NCBI RefSeq assembly: GCF_963676685.1
Contig: NC_092350.1
Location: 30,318,001 to 30,382,000, forward strand
DNA: 64,000 bases
Source: Mytilus edulis
Taxonomy: Eukaryota
Direction of reading: 5' to 3'
The notes beneath the pieces are model-generated. The model was given only the letters and a program-made list of their open reading frames with translations. It was not told where the DNA came from and made no database searches. Shown in pieces: positions 25,904-37,600 of this stretch (its first letter is position 1; every line of letters starts with the position of its first letter). Made by a program: the position numbers and the translations under genes.

Positions 25904-26016
25904 CAGGAGTCGGTTTCACAAAAAAACTTACGATTAAGATTGGTCGTAATTCATGAACAATTCACTATACTAACGATAAATCTTAGTCGAAATTTTGTTT
26001 GCGAAACCGACTCCTG
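25904..26016. mobile_element. Small hairpin MITE nested in a family A copy
   Basis: CAGGAGTCGGTTTC...GAAACCGACTCCTG perfect 14-bp TIR, extending imperfectly to about 38 bp. Confidence 0.65.
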
Positions 26017-28658
26017 GTTCCTGACTTACAAATATAGGACAGGTGAAAACAAATGCAGCATGTTTTAACAAGACAAAAAAATAACCGATTTTTATTGTTT
26101 GATATGGTGATTACAATCGGTCTGCAATAATTTAGTTTCGATACACTGTCCATTCGATTTTCTACGCTTAAATTTGCTCTAAATTAAGTGCCAAATTTTT
26201 CACGTTTTCTTTATAACTAGTATTTTCATGTTCCAGATTTCATGAATAAGTAATTACAGGTATTAATAAACACTGACACTAAAGACACTGAACTTTTCAA
26301 TGAGAGTCCTTTCAAATGATTAGTCAGTTTGACACTCATTCAAATGTAATTACATTAAGATAAGTAAAGCCACCTACAACTATCAAAGCAGTTTGGTAGA
26401 AAATGGGGTATAGCGATTCGCTATACATTGTTACTAATTGTTTAATTTGTGATTGGAAATTGACTAATTTTGCCGAAATCTCTGCAGCTTTACCAAATTT
26501 GTTAAAGTTCTGTAACCTTCACCCTTTCAAAATATTAAGACAAGAGAAACAAATTTCTTTAAAAAGTTTTTCATCAATCTCAAAACAAAAGAGTATCATG
26601 GCTCTCTTGGCAGGTAATTTAAAAGCCATTATTTGTCATTTTGTTTAAAACTGTTATTAGTTGCAAAGGATAAACTCGAATTGTTAGTTTATAAAAGTGA
26701 TTCTTGTCATATTAATTCCAAAAAAGAGATGCGCTTGAAAAGTGCCTTATAAGGATCTTATTATAAATGGTTTCAAAGCAAACATTTACTTAATTAACAA
26801 TGAAGATACGAAATGAAGTTATTTTGTTTCTAGGGCTTGTTATCTCTGTGCGGTTTCCTTTGAAGAGTTTTCAACGGTAAGTTAAATCAATACTGAATAG
26901 GGAATTACAAGAATCCTCTTCAAAGCATTATTGATTTAGAAACCTTAAAATACTAAATGAAAACTTCAAATACATTAAATCGGCTGAATATTGAACATCT
27001 TATCATGTTAACAAAGATGGTTATATTAAAATAGTGTTCTATGAAGTTAAGACACCAAAAAAATAAAGAACAATTAAGACCCAAGAACAGAGTCAAAATG
27101 ACGTGAATGTAAGCAACTATAATAGGTTACGTACGGCATTTAACAATAAACAAAGCCCATTTCTAGTACAAAAGCCACAACATCATCTCAATAAATAGTG
27201 ATCAAAACATAAATAAATAAGTATACTGTCAAAATAAGTATACACTGATCTGGATATATTTCTATCAATCCCGATCATATACTCCTCAACAAACGAGGTC
27301 GCTTTATGATTCCATATACATTTAATATTGTACATATATAGCACAAATGACGAGATTGTAAACTTAATACGAGTCGTTTTAGTTTGGAAAACGTTGATCG
27401 TGGTTCAAATGAACATAAATTGGGATTTTAGTCTGACAGATACATGTACATATTTATGTATTAGTTGTTATCTAAGTTGAACTTGCTGTCAGTAACTGCG
27501 AGTACTCTCAGTTCTTAACTTAGCGTCTGTTGTTGTTGTTGGATGTATAGATTCGCTGCTACGTCCGGTCTGTGTTTTCTGCTGTATTGTATCGATCTGA
27601 CGAGTTGATTATTTTTCAACTGATAGTGTGTTCTTCTGTTGTGCTGTTAAACCACTATCCCATGATAAGGAGTGATTTTGCGCCAGTAAACTAGTTTAAC
27701 CTCGCCATATTCTGTATGTGCCTGTCCCAGTCTAGAGCCTTTAGGACAACTGTTCTTTGGTCATGTCTGTCATATTTGTATTTCGCTAATTGTTTTGTTA
27801 GTAAATAGGCTGCTAGTTTTCTAAATTGTATTATTTTATTTTTTTACGTCGGGATCTTTTATATCCGTTTATATGATATGGGTTTTCTCTTGTCGTTAAA
27901 GGAAGTACGGTTGCCTTCAATTACTAACACCCATTTCATTGAAACTTTGGTTGATAGCTGTCGAATTGGCAATTATACGACATCCTCTTATTTTTTTTAT
28001 TGTATCAGGTGGACACAAATCATTTTGGGGCCCTGTATATCTTGATGTTCGTTGTGATTGTGAACCAAGGTTCCGTGTTGAAGATCTTACTTTGACCTAT
28101 AATGGTTTACTTTTACAAATTGTGACTTGGATGGGAGATTTGTCTCATTGGTACTCAGACTACATATTCTTTTACCCATTTATACAATTTTTTCATAAGA
28201 ACTCTGGAATTTATGTTGCGGACATAGTATCTGGTATAAAATGTGAAATAAAAAGAATCCATACCAACCAGGTGTTCTCATTTGCAGTTTTTTAACAACC
28301 ACATCTTTTTTTATATATGACAATTTTATAACGATAGGTTGAAGTATACAAATAATTTTGAGTAAAACATGTTGATTTTTTAAAATAAAGATGTTTTACA
28401 TGGTAAAACTTACAACTTGTATACAATATACACAATAAACTAATGGTTGGCGTTGGTTGCTGCCTATCATATTTGTTTTTCGCTTATTGTTATGTACGTA
28501 AATCAGGCCCTTAGTTTTTGTCTCGTTTGAAATGGTCCACATATTGACATATCGCGATCTTGTGTATACGGCAAAGGTGTGAGCCAAGGCTGTTGAAGAC
28601 CGTACTTTGACCTATAGCTGTTTACTTTTATAAATTATGACTTGGACGGGGAGTCGTC

Positions 28659-29173
28659 TCAATGGCATTCATACCACATCTTCTTATATCTATGTAACAG
28701 TAACAACGCTAGGTTTATATGTAGGTGTGATGTAGATATATATGATGTTTTCCTACCTGCCTCAATGGCATTTATACCACATCTTCTTATATCAATGTAA
28801 CAGTAACAACGCTATGTTTATATGTAGGTGTGATGTAGATATATATGATGTTTTCCTACCTGCCTCAATGGCACTCATACCACATCTTCTTATATCAATG
28901 TAACAGTAACAACGCTAGGTTTATATGTAAGTGTGATGTAGATATATATGATGTTTTCCTACCTGCCTCAATGGCACTCATACCACATCTTCTTATATCT
29001 ATGTAACAGTAACAACGCTAGGTTTATATGTAGGTGTGATGTAGATATATATGATGTTTTCCTACCTGCCTCAATGGCACTCGTACCACATCTTCTTATA
29101 TCAATGTAACAGTAACAGCACTATGTTTATATGTAGGTGTGATGTAGATATATATGATGTTGTCTTACCTGCC
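28659..29173 (+). repeat. 103-bp tandem repeat, 5 copies
   Basis: TCAATGGCA starts at 28659, 28762, 28865, 28968 and 29071. Confidence 0.95.
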
Positions 29174-29233
29174 AGTACACCTGATTTCTTAAGACATTGT
29201 GTTCCACATTCCGTCCTCTGCCATGTTTCCTAT
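29169..29233 (-). other. Candidate 5'UTR exon of GPR19
   Basis: Acceptor ttttcag, donor CAG|GTAAGA, 65 nt, same strand as and upstream of the GPCR. Contains a short uORF (MAEDGMWNTMS*). Confidence 0.4.
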
Positions 29234-30061
29234 CTGAAAATCAATTAGATTTGACAACGATAAATCAGCGATGTTGTTGAAGAATTAATATTGATAATCA
29301 AATCTATTACGTCAATATATAATATTGCCATGACAACATGACAAGCTAAAAATCCAGGAAAAAAATGTCAACAGGTAGAAATAATCAATAGGTTGGTTAA
29401 AACACATGTCATTGTTCTTGCACAACGAGAGTATTCAATAGTTCAACAGGCTAAGAAACAAGATTGTTTATAACACCGGATTATTATTATAGAAGTGTGA
29501 TATATGTCATATAATTACTTTTCATTTTGAATTTTTCTACCCTAAATGATGGAGTTAAGTGTTTTAAGTTATATTGTTTGAATAATCCATAAATTATCGA
29601 ATTTCAATTTTCGGAGCACACATATTACCAATTAAAGACATAATTATTCGTTCAGATTTAAAAGAAAAACATGAATAAATATTTAAAACTTACTTTTCAT
29701 TATACTGCACTATATTAAACTAAAACATGGTCCAAATAATTAAATGTTTAGGTAGTAATGTGTTTGATAATATTGATAATAAAGAGTAAACGAATTCTAA
29801 AATCCGTGAGACATCATGAAAAGTACGATAATACCGTAAATAAAGAAATACAGATATTTTCTATCTAGTCATTATTTCAGCTTAAAAAAGTGGCCATATT
29901 AAGTCCTTATCGAACCTATTCTTTTGATTAATATTATAATAAACAATAATCTAATAGGGATTTTCTTTCTAAAACTCAACTTTCTATCGTGTAAACGTTA
30001 AGTTCCGGTTACTTATCCGGATTTGGTTATGATTTAGGTTCTTTTTTTGTTTGATCTTTAA

Positions 30062-30500
30062 GGTGGCACGGTAGTGTTTACATTCCAGAATTTAGGTTGC
30101 TCTTGTGTGTACCCTACTTAGATTAATGTATATAAACAGTGTGATTGGACAAAAAATACAGTATCAACTGAACATGCTTTCCCAAACTGAGGGATGAATC
30201 AGGTGTAGAAAATATGAAATATTTTTACATACAGATGAAAATGAATTTTTGAGAATTTTTTTAAATGTTGTATTCACTGCACCATAAAAGACCTAAAAGT
30301 ACTAGCTGGCCTTAGGTTTTTAAAAATAGCAAAAAAGTAAACGGTCATGATACATATTCAAATTCATTTCTGAATAATAAAATGAAAGTACTTCAGTTAA
30401 CTGTGAATGTAGAATTTTTTGCAGTGTTAGAAAGGGGTGAAAATTCTAAAAAGGCTATCATTATCCCTTATGGGCCGCCAGGAAATACTACCGTGCCACC
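30062..30500. mobile_element. Kolobok-like MITE
   Basis: Perfect 14-bp TIR GGTGGCACGGTAGT / ACTACCGTGCCACC, flanked by TTAA and ATAA. Confidence 0.75.
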
Positions 30501-30807
30501 ATAATTGATTTTGGATTTTCATAAATGTTGGCCCCGAACATCACATGAGAGACATAAAATGTCGAAACGTAGTGGTTCTGTAAAATTGTCATTTTATTAT
30601 ATTTAGCTATTATTTTTATTATCTTTTCTGTTACTTAGATCGATATGCATAGACACATTTAATTTTTCAAAGGCACTATTTTTTTGTAAACTTTAGGAGC
30701 AGTTCATTACAGAGAAAGGTATTTTCTGTTGAAATGGAATTGAGAATCACTCTTTATGATAGATATATAGTTTATTTCTCATAAAACCATGTAATACAAA
30801 AACATAA

Positions 30808-30931
30808 AGACATGAAGATAATATCAGGTAAGTATAAACCAGGACATGAAGATAATATCAGGTAAGTATAAACCAGGACAGTAAGAAGTTAAGATTATAT
30901 CAGGTAAGTATAAACCAGGACAGTAAGAAGT
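30808..30931 (+). repeat. Short tandem repeat, 3 copies of ATATCAGGTAAGTATAAACCAGGACA
   Basis: Directly visible, with 33- and 44-bp spacing. Confidence 0.85.
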
Positions 30932-32625
30932 TTGCGTCGCTTTACTAAACAAAATAACTTGAAACAAAGGGCATATTGTCAACCCTCTCCTTTCCGTAAT
31001 GTTATTTTAAGAATTAATTTCGGTTTGCTATGGTCTGATCAATAACTGTATCGGATGCAAATGGAATAGATATTTACAATATATTTCCATAATAACGAAA
31101 AAATACAAAGTGGAATTGGATATCATAATCAGCATATATTCTAAGTACATGTAATATCAAATTATTATAATAATAATCATATGAAAATACAATTTAAATG
31201 GAGAAATAGATAATCTAATGTATGAAAATAACCTTCTGATTCCATTCATGTCTTATAAAATACAAGGAAAGGCAACCCAAATGTTTTATTTCATTTTGTG
31301 TTGTATTTATTTTTCAAATTCGTTATTTGGCATACGCAATCAATGTAACAACGAATTGATATTTTTTTCTGAAAGAACGTAGTAAAAGCCTTTGTTTTGT
31401 ACCTTATTTGAAAATTATATCCTTTTCGTTCACACATTTGTGATGTTTTCTACCAACTATCCTAGCGAAATGTGATAATTTGCAAAACATGTGGAGCTTG
31501 AATCGACAAGATTTGGTGACATAAACTTTATGTCGTGATTTCGGAAATTGCATGTTATAAATAATAACATTGTAACAAGGTATAAAAATCGATAATTTTT
31601 CATTAAAGTTTACCCGTATCGAGCCATGATGTTTCGTCGAAGCAGGTTTCATATTCATATCACATGAATATCCTCCTGTCTTAATATGATGTACTTTTGG
31701 CAACTAGACATTTGAATACAAGTCAATACCTATATCAATCTTGATAGTTCTGTACGATTATTGTATGAATTTGAAATCCAAGGAACATTTATTTTTATAC
31801 CAGACTGTATACAGTGGAGATCACTTCTAACCTCTCATTAGAACTGTCAGAATATTCTGTCATAGAACTGTTCTAACCTGTCCTAGAACAGTTCTAGCTA
31901 GAACAGTTCTACCCTAGATTTTGAAGGTGATCACCGGACGTGGAGGAAGGTGGACGTGTTTTCTGAGCTGACCTATTCTGTCGCCTACACTTACCCGCAC
32001 CCACTTATTAGTTGATTGTGTCATTACTCAAACACTAGTGCAAGTATTTGACAATTTATTGTCATTTAATAGTGGTTTTAGCAGAAAATTAATTGCGAGT
32101 GAAGGACAGGTAACATAGCGTCACCCAGCGCCATCTTGAAAAAAATTTCAAAACTTTCAAAGCAAAGGTGTTAAGTCTATACTTCACCTGAAATTAGTCT
32201 CTCCTTTCCCGGGAAACACAAGAACAATGTGTTGCTGATGTTTACTGAATTTTTAATGAACTTTTAACGAACTTTTATTGTCCATTATTTTATCCAAATC
32301 GAGTAGCTTGAAAATGATCAGTATTCTTGTGTAGTTTCACAGTCTGTGTACTCGTTCTCATTCTTCATTTTACCTTTTATCGCTTGATAAATTTTTTAGA
32401 TTTTATTGTATGTAGTAAGGTTTTTCATTTTACCTTTTAAAACACTTGAATTAAATTTTAAGCCAGTACTTAAGTAAGTTTGTGTTACTATAAAGTGTTT
32501 TATAATCAGTTTTTAATTTTTAAACTGTCCTTGATGTAGCACATGTTAGCAGATAAGTTATTTTTGCTCAAAAATATTTTTGTGTAAATCTATTACCACA
32601 CTCATTAAATTCTTTTTGGGGTAAA

Positions 32626-34638
32626 ATGGAAATTGCCAGAAGAAGAAGTGATCGAGTTAAAGGAAAGAAAGTAATGTTTACTCCCTGTAAAACAGTATCT
32701 AATACTGCAACAAAAAACAAGAAGTCTAGTAGTAATAGTAGTATTAATGAAAAAACTGTTGATTATGAATTAAATAAAAGAAAGGCTGTTAGCAAGAAGC
32801 TTGATGCTGCCGAACGGTTGTATACAGTAAAAACTGAAATAAGTCCAGGTAATCTGGTCCTTATCTTCTCTGCTGTTGCTTATGAAGAATTCAAAGTTAT
32901 AACACAGTCAGTTGTAAATAACACTGGTCTGCAGATAAATAAGACTGAGACTAAGGATAAATTAGGTGCCATTGTATCTGAATCACTGGCGATCCATAAT
33001 GGAAGCACTAAATTATTTGTTTTGAACTTTTTTAACACCACAACAAAAGTCCTTCTGAATGGCAACCAATCATATATAAAGGAATTTATAACCACTGCTC
33101 TCGGGGACATATTGTGTATTCTTGACCGTAACTCCAAATTTAGTCTTATAAACAATCAAATCAGAGAATATTGTAAAATGTTTTTAGATAACACGCAACA
33201 AAGTAATCTGGACACAGCAAGTAAAGATGAGCAAGGGGTACAAAGTTTAAGTAAGAATTCAATGGTTAGTTCTAAACAACAGACAGTGGGGACCTGTTCT
33301 AATATTAAGCCAAAAACTACTCAAAGTGACATCTTATGTCCAACATGTAAGAAGGTCTGTGGAAATGACTCAAAGGCAGTAGAGTGCGACATATGTAATG
33401 TATGGGTCCATTATAGCTGTGAAAAACTTGGTCTAAGTGACATTCATGTAATTGAAAATGACTTAACAGCAGAGTATATCTGTATAAGCTGCAAACAGTT
33501 GAGAGCCTTGCAGGCTGATTGTGTAGTAGGAGGGTCTATCTCTGATAATAGTAATGACTCAAGTAAGGGGGAAGAAATGCCAAGATCGTCCCTCTCAAGT
33601 GCTGATATTAACCCCAAGGCTCGGGGGTCGGTTGTTTCTGGTGTTACTATAATACATAAAGACAATAGACTGTTTTCTAATAATAATTCCACAAATGATG
33701 AGGATATAAATAAGGAAAATTCAAGAAGTGATAGCTCCTATAGTTCCGTACAAATTGGTTCAAACATTTTAAAAGAAGAAATAATTTCTCTAAAATTAGA
33801 AATTACTCATAAAGATAAAGGAATCAAGCAAAAGGACAGTCAAATTTATAAGTTACAAACAGAAGTGTCCACTCAGAAAAAAGAGCTTGCAGCAAGTAGA
33901 GCGTATGCTATAAAACTGGAAAATGACATTAGGGATTTAGAACACTCTTTGTTAATTCAAAAACAAAAACAAAGTTCAAGCGTGAATGCGGACTTTAACA
34001 GACAAAGCCCTTTTAGTGATAATAGTAATAAACCCGAATCAGAAAACTTAAAAAGTTGGTTTCTTGAACAGAGGATGAGGCAAATGGAAATGGAAATTTG
34101 TAAACAAGATAATAAAATAAGTAATCTCAGTGATAAACTGTTGGACTTGAGATTTGACAACAATAATCAATCAACACGGTCTCGACAAAGGCAAAATAGA
34201 GGGAGGCAAAATAATGCTAATAAGTACAGTAGAAACGAAAGGTCTCAATTTGATAGACATAGTGAAAACAAGCACTGTAAATTTCAGAATGATTTTGCAG
34301 ATTTTAGTGGGGGCATGTCATTTCGGCACGATGAATTCCAACCCAATAGTCTTCACATTGATACTAGTGGTAGTGAAAATGAGACCAATTCTGTGGTTAA
34401 TGGTCAAACAAACAATAGTGATAATTTTTTAGGGAATATTCATTCCAGGGGGAAATCAAAATGTCAAACACAAGCAAGGAAAAGATTTCACGAGAAATCG
34501 GAGCAAATATATATACCCCCAAGAAAGCAAATGAAACAAGTACCGCCGAGGTTCCAACGTCTTCAACAGGAAAAGTTGGGTTGCACACAGAGAGACAATT
34601 TAATGATGCCCACAATGGGCCAATCCACAAAAATGTAG
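32626..34638 (+). CDS. LINE ORF1 protein with PHD finger and coiled coil
   Basis: C4HC3 PHD: CPTC...VECDICNVWVHYSC...YICISC. Heptad-rich segment LKEEIISLKLEI...IRDLEHSL. Confidence 0.85.
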   Translation: MEIARRRSDRVKGKKVMFTPCKTVSNTATKNKKSSSNSSINEKTVDYELNKRKAVSKKLDAAERLYTVKTEISPGNLVLIFSAVAYEEFKVITQSVVNNTGLQINKTETKDKLGAIVSESLAIHNGSTKLFVLNFFNTTTKVLLNGNQSYIKEFITTALGDILCILDRNSKFSLINNQIREYCKMFLDNTQQSNLDTASKDEQGVQSLSKNSMVSSKQQTVGTCSNIKPKTTQSDILCPTCKKVCGNDSKAVECDICNVWVHYSCEKLGLSDIHVIENDLTAEYICISCKQLRALQADCVVGGSISDNSNDSSKGEEMPRSSLSSADINPKARGSVVSGVTIIHKDNRLFSNNNSTNDEDINKENSRSDSSYSSVQIGSNILKEEIISLKLEITHKDKGIKQKDSQIYKLQTEVSTQKKELAASRAYAIKLENDIRDLEHSLLIQKQKQSSSVNADFNRQSPFSDNSNKPESENLKSWFLEQRMRQMEMEICKQDNKISNLSDKLLDLRFDNNNQSTRSRQRQNRGRQNNANKYSRNERSQFDRHSENKHCKFQNDFADFSGGMSFRHDEFQPNSLHIDTSGSENETNSVVNGQTNNSDNFLGNIHSRGKSKCQTQARKRFHEKSEQIYIPPRKQMKQVPPRFQRLQQEKLGCTQRDNLMMPTMGQSTKM

Positions 34639-37600
34639 GAAAGGATATACATGTACAAGAGCCTCATGATAATGAAATAAGTATAGATAGCGTGCTGAAC
34701 ATTTTATCTTTTAACATTGAAGGTTTTTTATCTAATAATATGTATCTATCTATGCTAGAGAAAAGAGCTGATATAATTATGTTACAGGAACATTGGTTAC
34801 ATAATAGGGAAAAACAAGCTTTAGAGGAATTTTTAACTGACTTTTTATGTCTTGTAAAATGCTTCGATGATGATAAGACAAATGACCCAACTGAAAGGAG
34901 GAGGGGGCATGCTGGGGTTGCAATTTGTGTTAACAAAAAATTACAAAATCTTGTTGAACTTTTACCGGATGGATGTAATAGAGTAATAGCTATCCGTCTC
35001 AACATAAAACAGCCACTTGTGCTAATATGTGTCTATATGCCAACTAGAGGCGGAAATATCACTATTGAAGATTTTAAAACTGTACTAGATGAGCTAAGTG
35101 AAATGATAGAAAAATATCTGCCTACTTCTGATATAATTATAGGAGGTGACATGAATGCCTCACTGCATAGAAATGAGCGTAAAATACCTCGTGACATTGT
35201 CTTTGATGAATTCTTAAAATCTAATGGACTGTCAATACCTTCCACTTGCAAAAAGCAGAGTACGTTTTTTCACTTCAATAATAGAGATGAATCTCAAATT
35301 GACTATTTTGTTGAAACTAGTGCAATGGTCAAGAAATATTTGTCATTTAATCGTGAATTTCAAAATCTATCCACTCATGATCCAATTATGATTTCAATTA
35401 ACTGTTGTATTGATAGGATGGATATAAGCACTAGCGATCCTAGACCTTTACGTATAAAATGGGATAAAATTGATAAACAAAAATATGAAAATTTACTTCA
35501 AGAGAGATTAACTGAATTTAGTGATGTGGCTGTGGTTGAAACTGCTGAAAATATAGAGAACATTTTAACAAAATTTTCTGACATTATTGTGACTACTGCT
35601 GAAAGTCTATGCCCAAAAAGGAAAAAACAATTTAAGAGAAAAGGGGATTGGACCCCAGAAATGACTGAAATTGTTAAGGAGGGTAAATTTCACTATTGGA
35701 AATGGAAAAATGAAGGTAATAAAGATAATAAATCTAGCATTAACTATATTCGAATGAAAGCGCAAAAGAAAAAACTTCGTTCTGCCCAAAGACGATTGGC
35801 TGCTGAGAAAAGAGAAAATACGTATACCAAAATTATGGAATTAAATGAGAATAATGATAAACAATTTTTCGCATTAGTAAATAAGCAGAGAAATGCAAGG
35901 TCATCCACAACTTCAATTTTGAAGGTTAATAATAGACTGTATAATAATTCAGCCTCCATTCTGGGAGCTTGGGCTGAATACTTTGAAGATTTGGCCTCAC
36001 CATCTGTGCAAGATAGATTCGATAGTAAATTTTTTAATTTGGTTAATAATGACATTGAAATATTAACTGATATTTTCTTAAGTACAAGAGAACCGATTCA
36101 GGAAGTGACTGAGTACGAATTGAATAAATGTATTTTATCTTTTAAAAATGGAAAAGCTCCAGATGTTGATAAATTCACCATAGAACACTTGAAAAATGGA
36201 GGACAGACAGTTGTAAATATACTTACTAAATTGATAAACTTGATTTTTAAAACTGTTGCTGTCCCAAATAATTTAAAAATTGGGATAGGATGCCCTCTGT
36301 TTAAAAATGGAGGAAAACCAAAAGAAGATCCAAATTCATATAGACGTATAACTATAACTAGTGCTATTGGAAAAACTATTGAAAAGCTACATTTATCCCG
36401 TAACAAAAGCTCCATTAAAAATCAGCAAAGTAGATTACAAAAAGGGTTCACTGAAGGGGAATCCCCTACTGTAGCGGGGCTGGTTGTAACTGAACTAAGA
36501 ATAGAAGCTAAAGAAAAACGTTTACCCATATATATTGGATTAACTGATGCTAAAAAAGCGTTTGATATAGTGTTATTATTTAGGGCTTGGTATGAAGACT
36601 TAACTACAAAAGTAAAATGGGAAGGAAATTATTCACGTGGGTTTAAAGAAAAACAAGGCGTCCGTCAAGGAGATGTTTGGTCTCCAACTGCGTATAAAGT
36701 TTTTATCAACTCTTTACTGAAAATCTATGAGGAAAACAAAATTGGGTCGTACATAGGTTCAATATACTGTGGTGCTCCAACTGTAGCAAACGATGTTACA
36801 TTGATAGCTAATGATCCATATGATCTACAATCTATGATTAATATTCAAATGGACCATGCAAATAAATTTAGATATACGATTAGTGAACAGAAATCTTGTG
36901 TATTGAAAATAGGAGACAAGTCAGAACATTCCTGGTATATGAACGGCCAAAAGTTAAATACACCAATTAATGCTACCCACTTAGGAATAAAAAGGGACAT
37001 AAATTCTAAATTTGGAGTTAAAGAAGTTGTACCAGATAGAATACAAACTGCTCGTAAAACAGTATATGCATTGATGGGCGCTGGTCTCTATGGCCTGAAT
37101 GGGATAAATCCGAAGGTCTCAGTTCACATGATAAAGTGCTTTGTCATTCCGAGGCTACTGTATGGCCTGGATATTATTCGATTAACAAAAACTGATATAG
37201 CAAAACTATCTGTTTATTATATACAATTGTTGAAACAAATCCAGCATCTGCCGTCACGCACTGCGAATTCTGCTGTTTTAGTCCTGACTGGTCAGCTTCC
37301 TATAGAATCTGAAATTCACCAAAAAATGCTTTCCCTATTTCGTAACATTGCAGATAATCACGGGTCAGTTGAACGCAGTATCGCTCAAAGACAGCTTGCT
37401 TTGAAAACAAGAGACTCTGAAAGCTGGTTTATTCAAATTATAAAATTAACAGAAATGTATGAATTGCCATCCCCTATAGAGGTACTGGATCTAGTCTCAG
37501 AAAAGCACATTTGGAAAAAATTGGTTTATAACGCAGTGAATGACTATTGGAAAAACATTTTAATTCTTGAAGCTAGGACAAAAGTATCTATGAAAATGTT

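Noticed and set aside
32880-36415. Antisense ORFs inside the LINE
   Set aside because: These are shadows of the long sense ORFs with no independent features.
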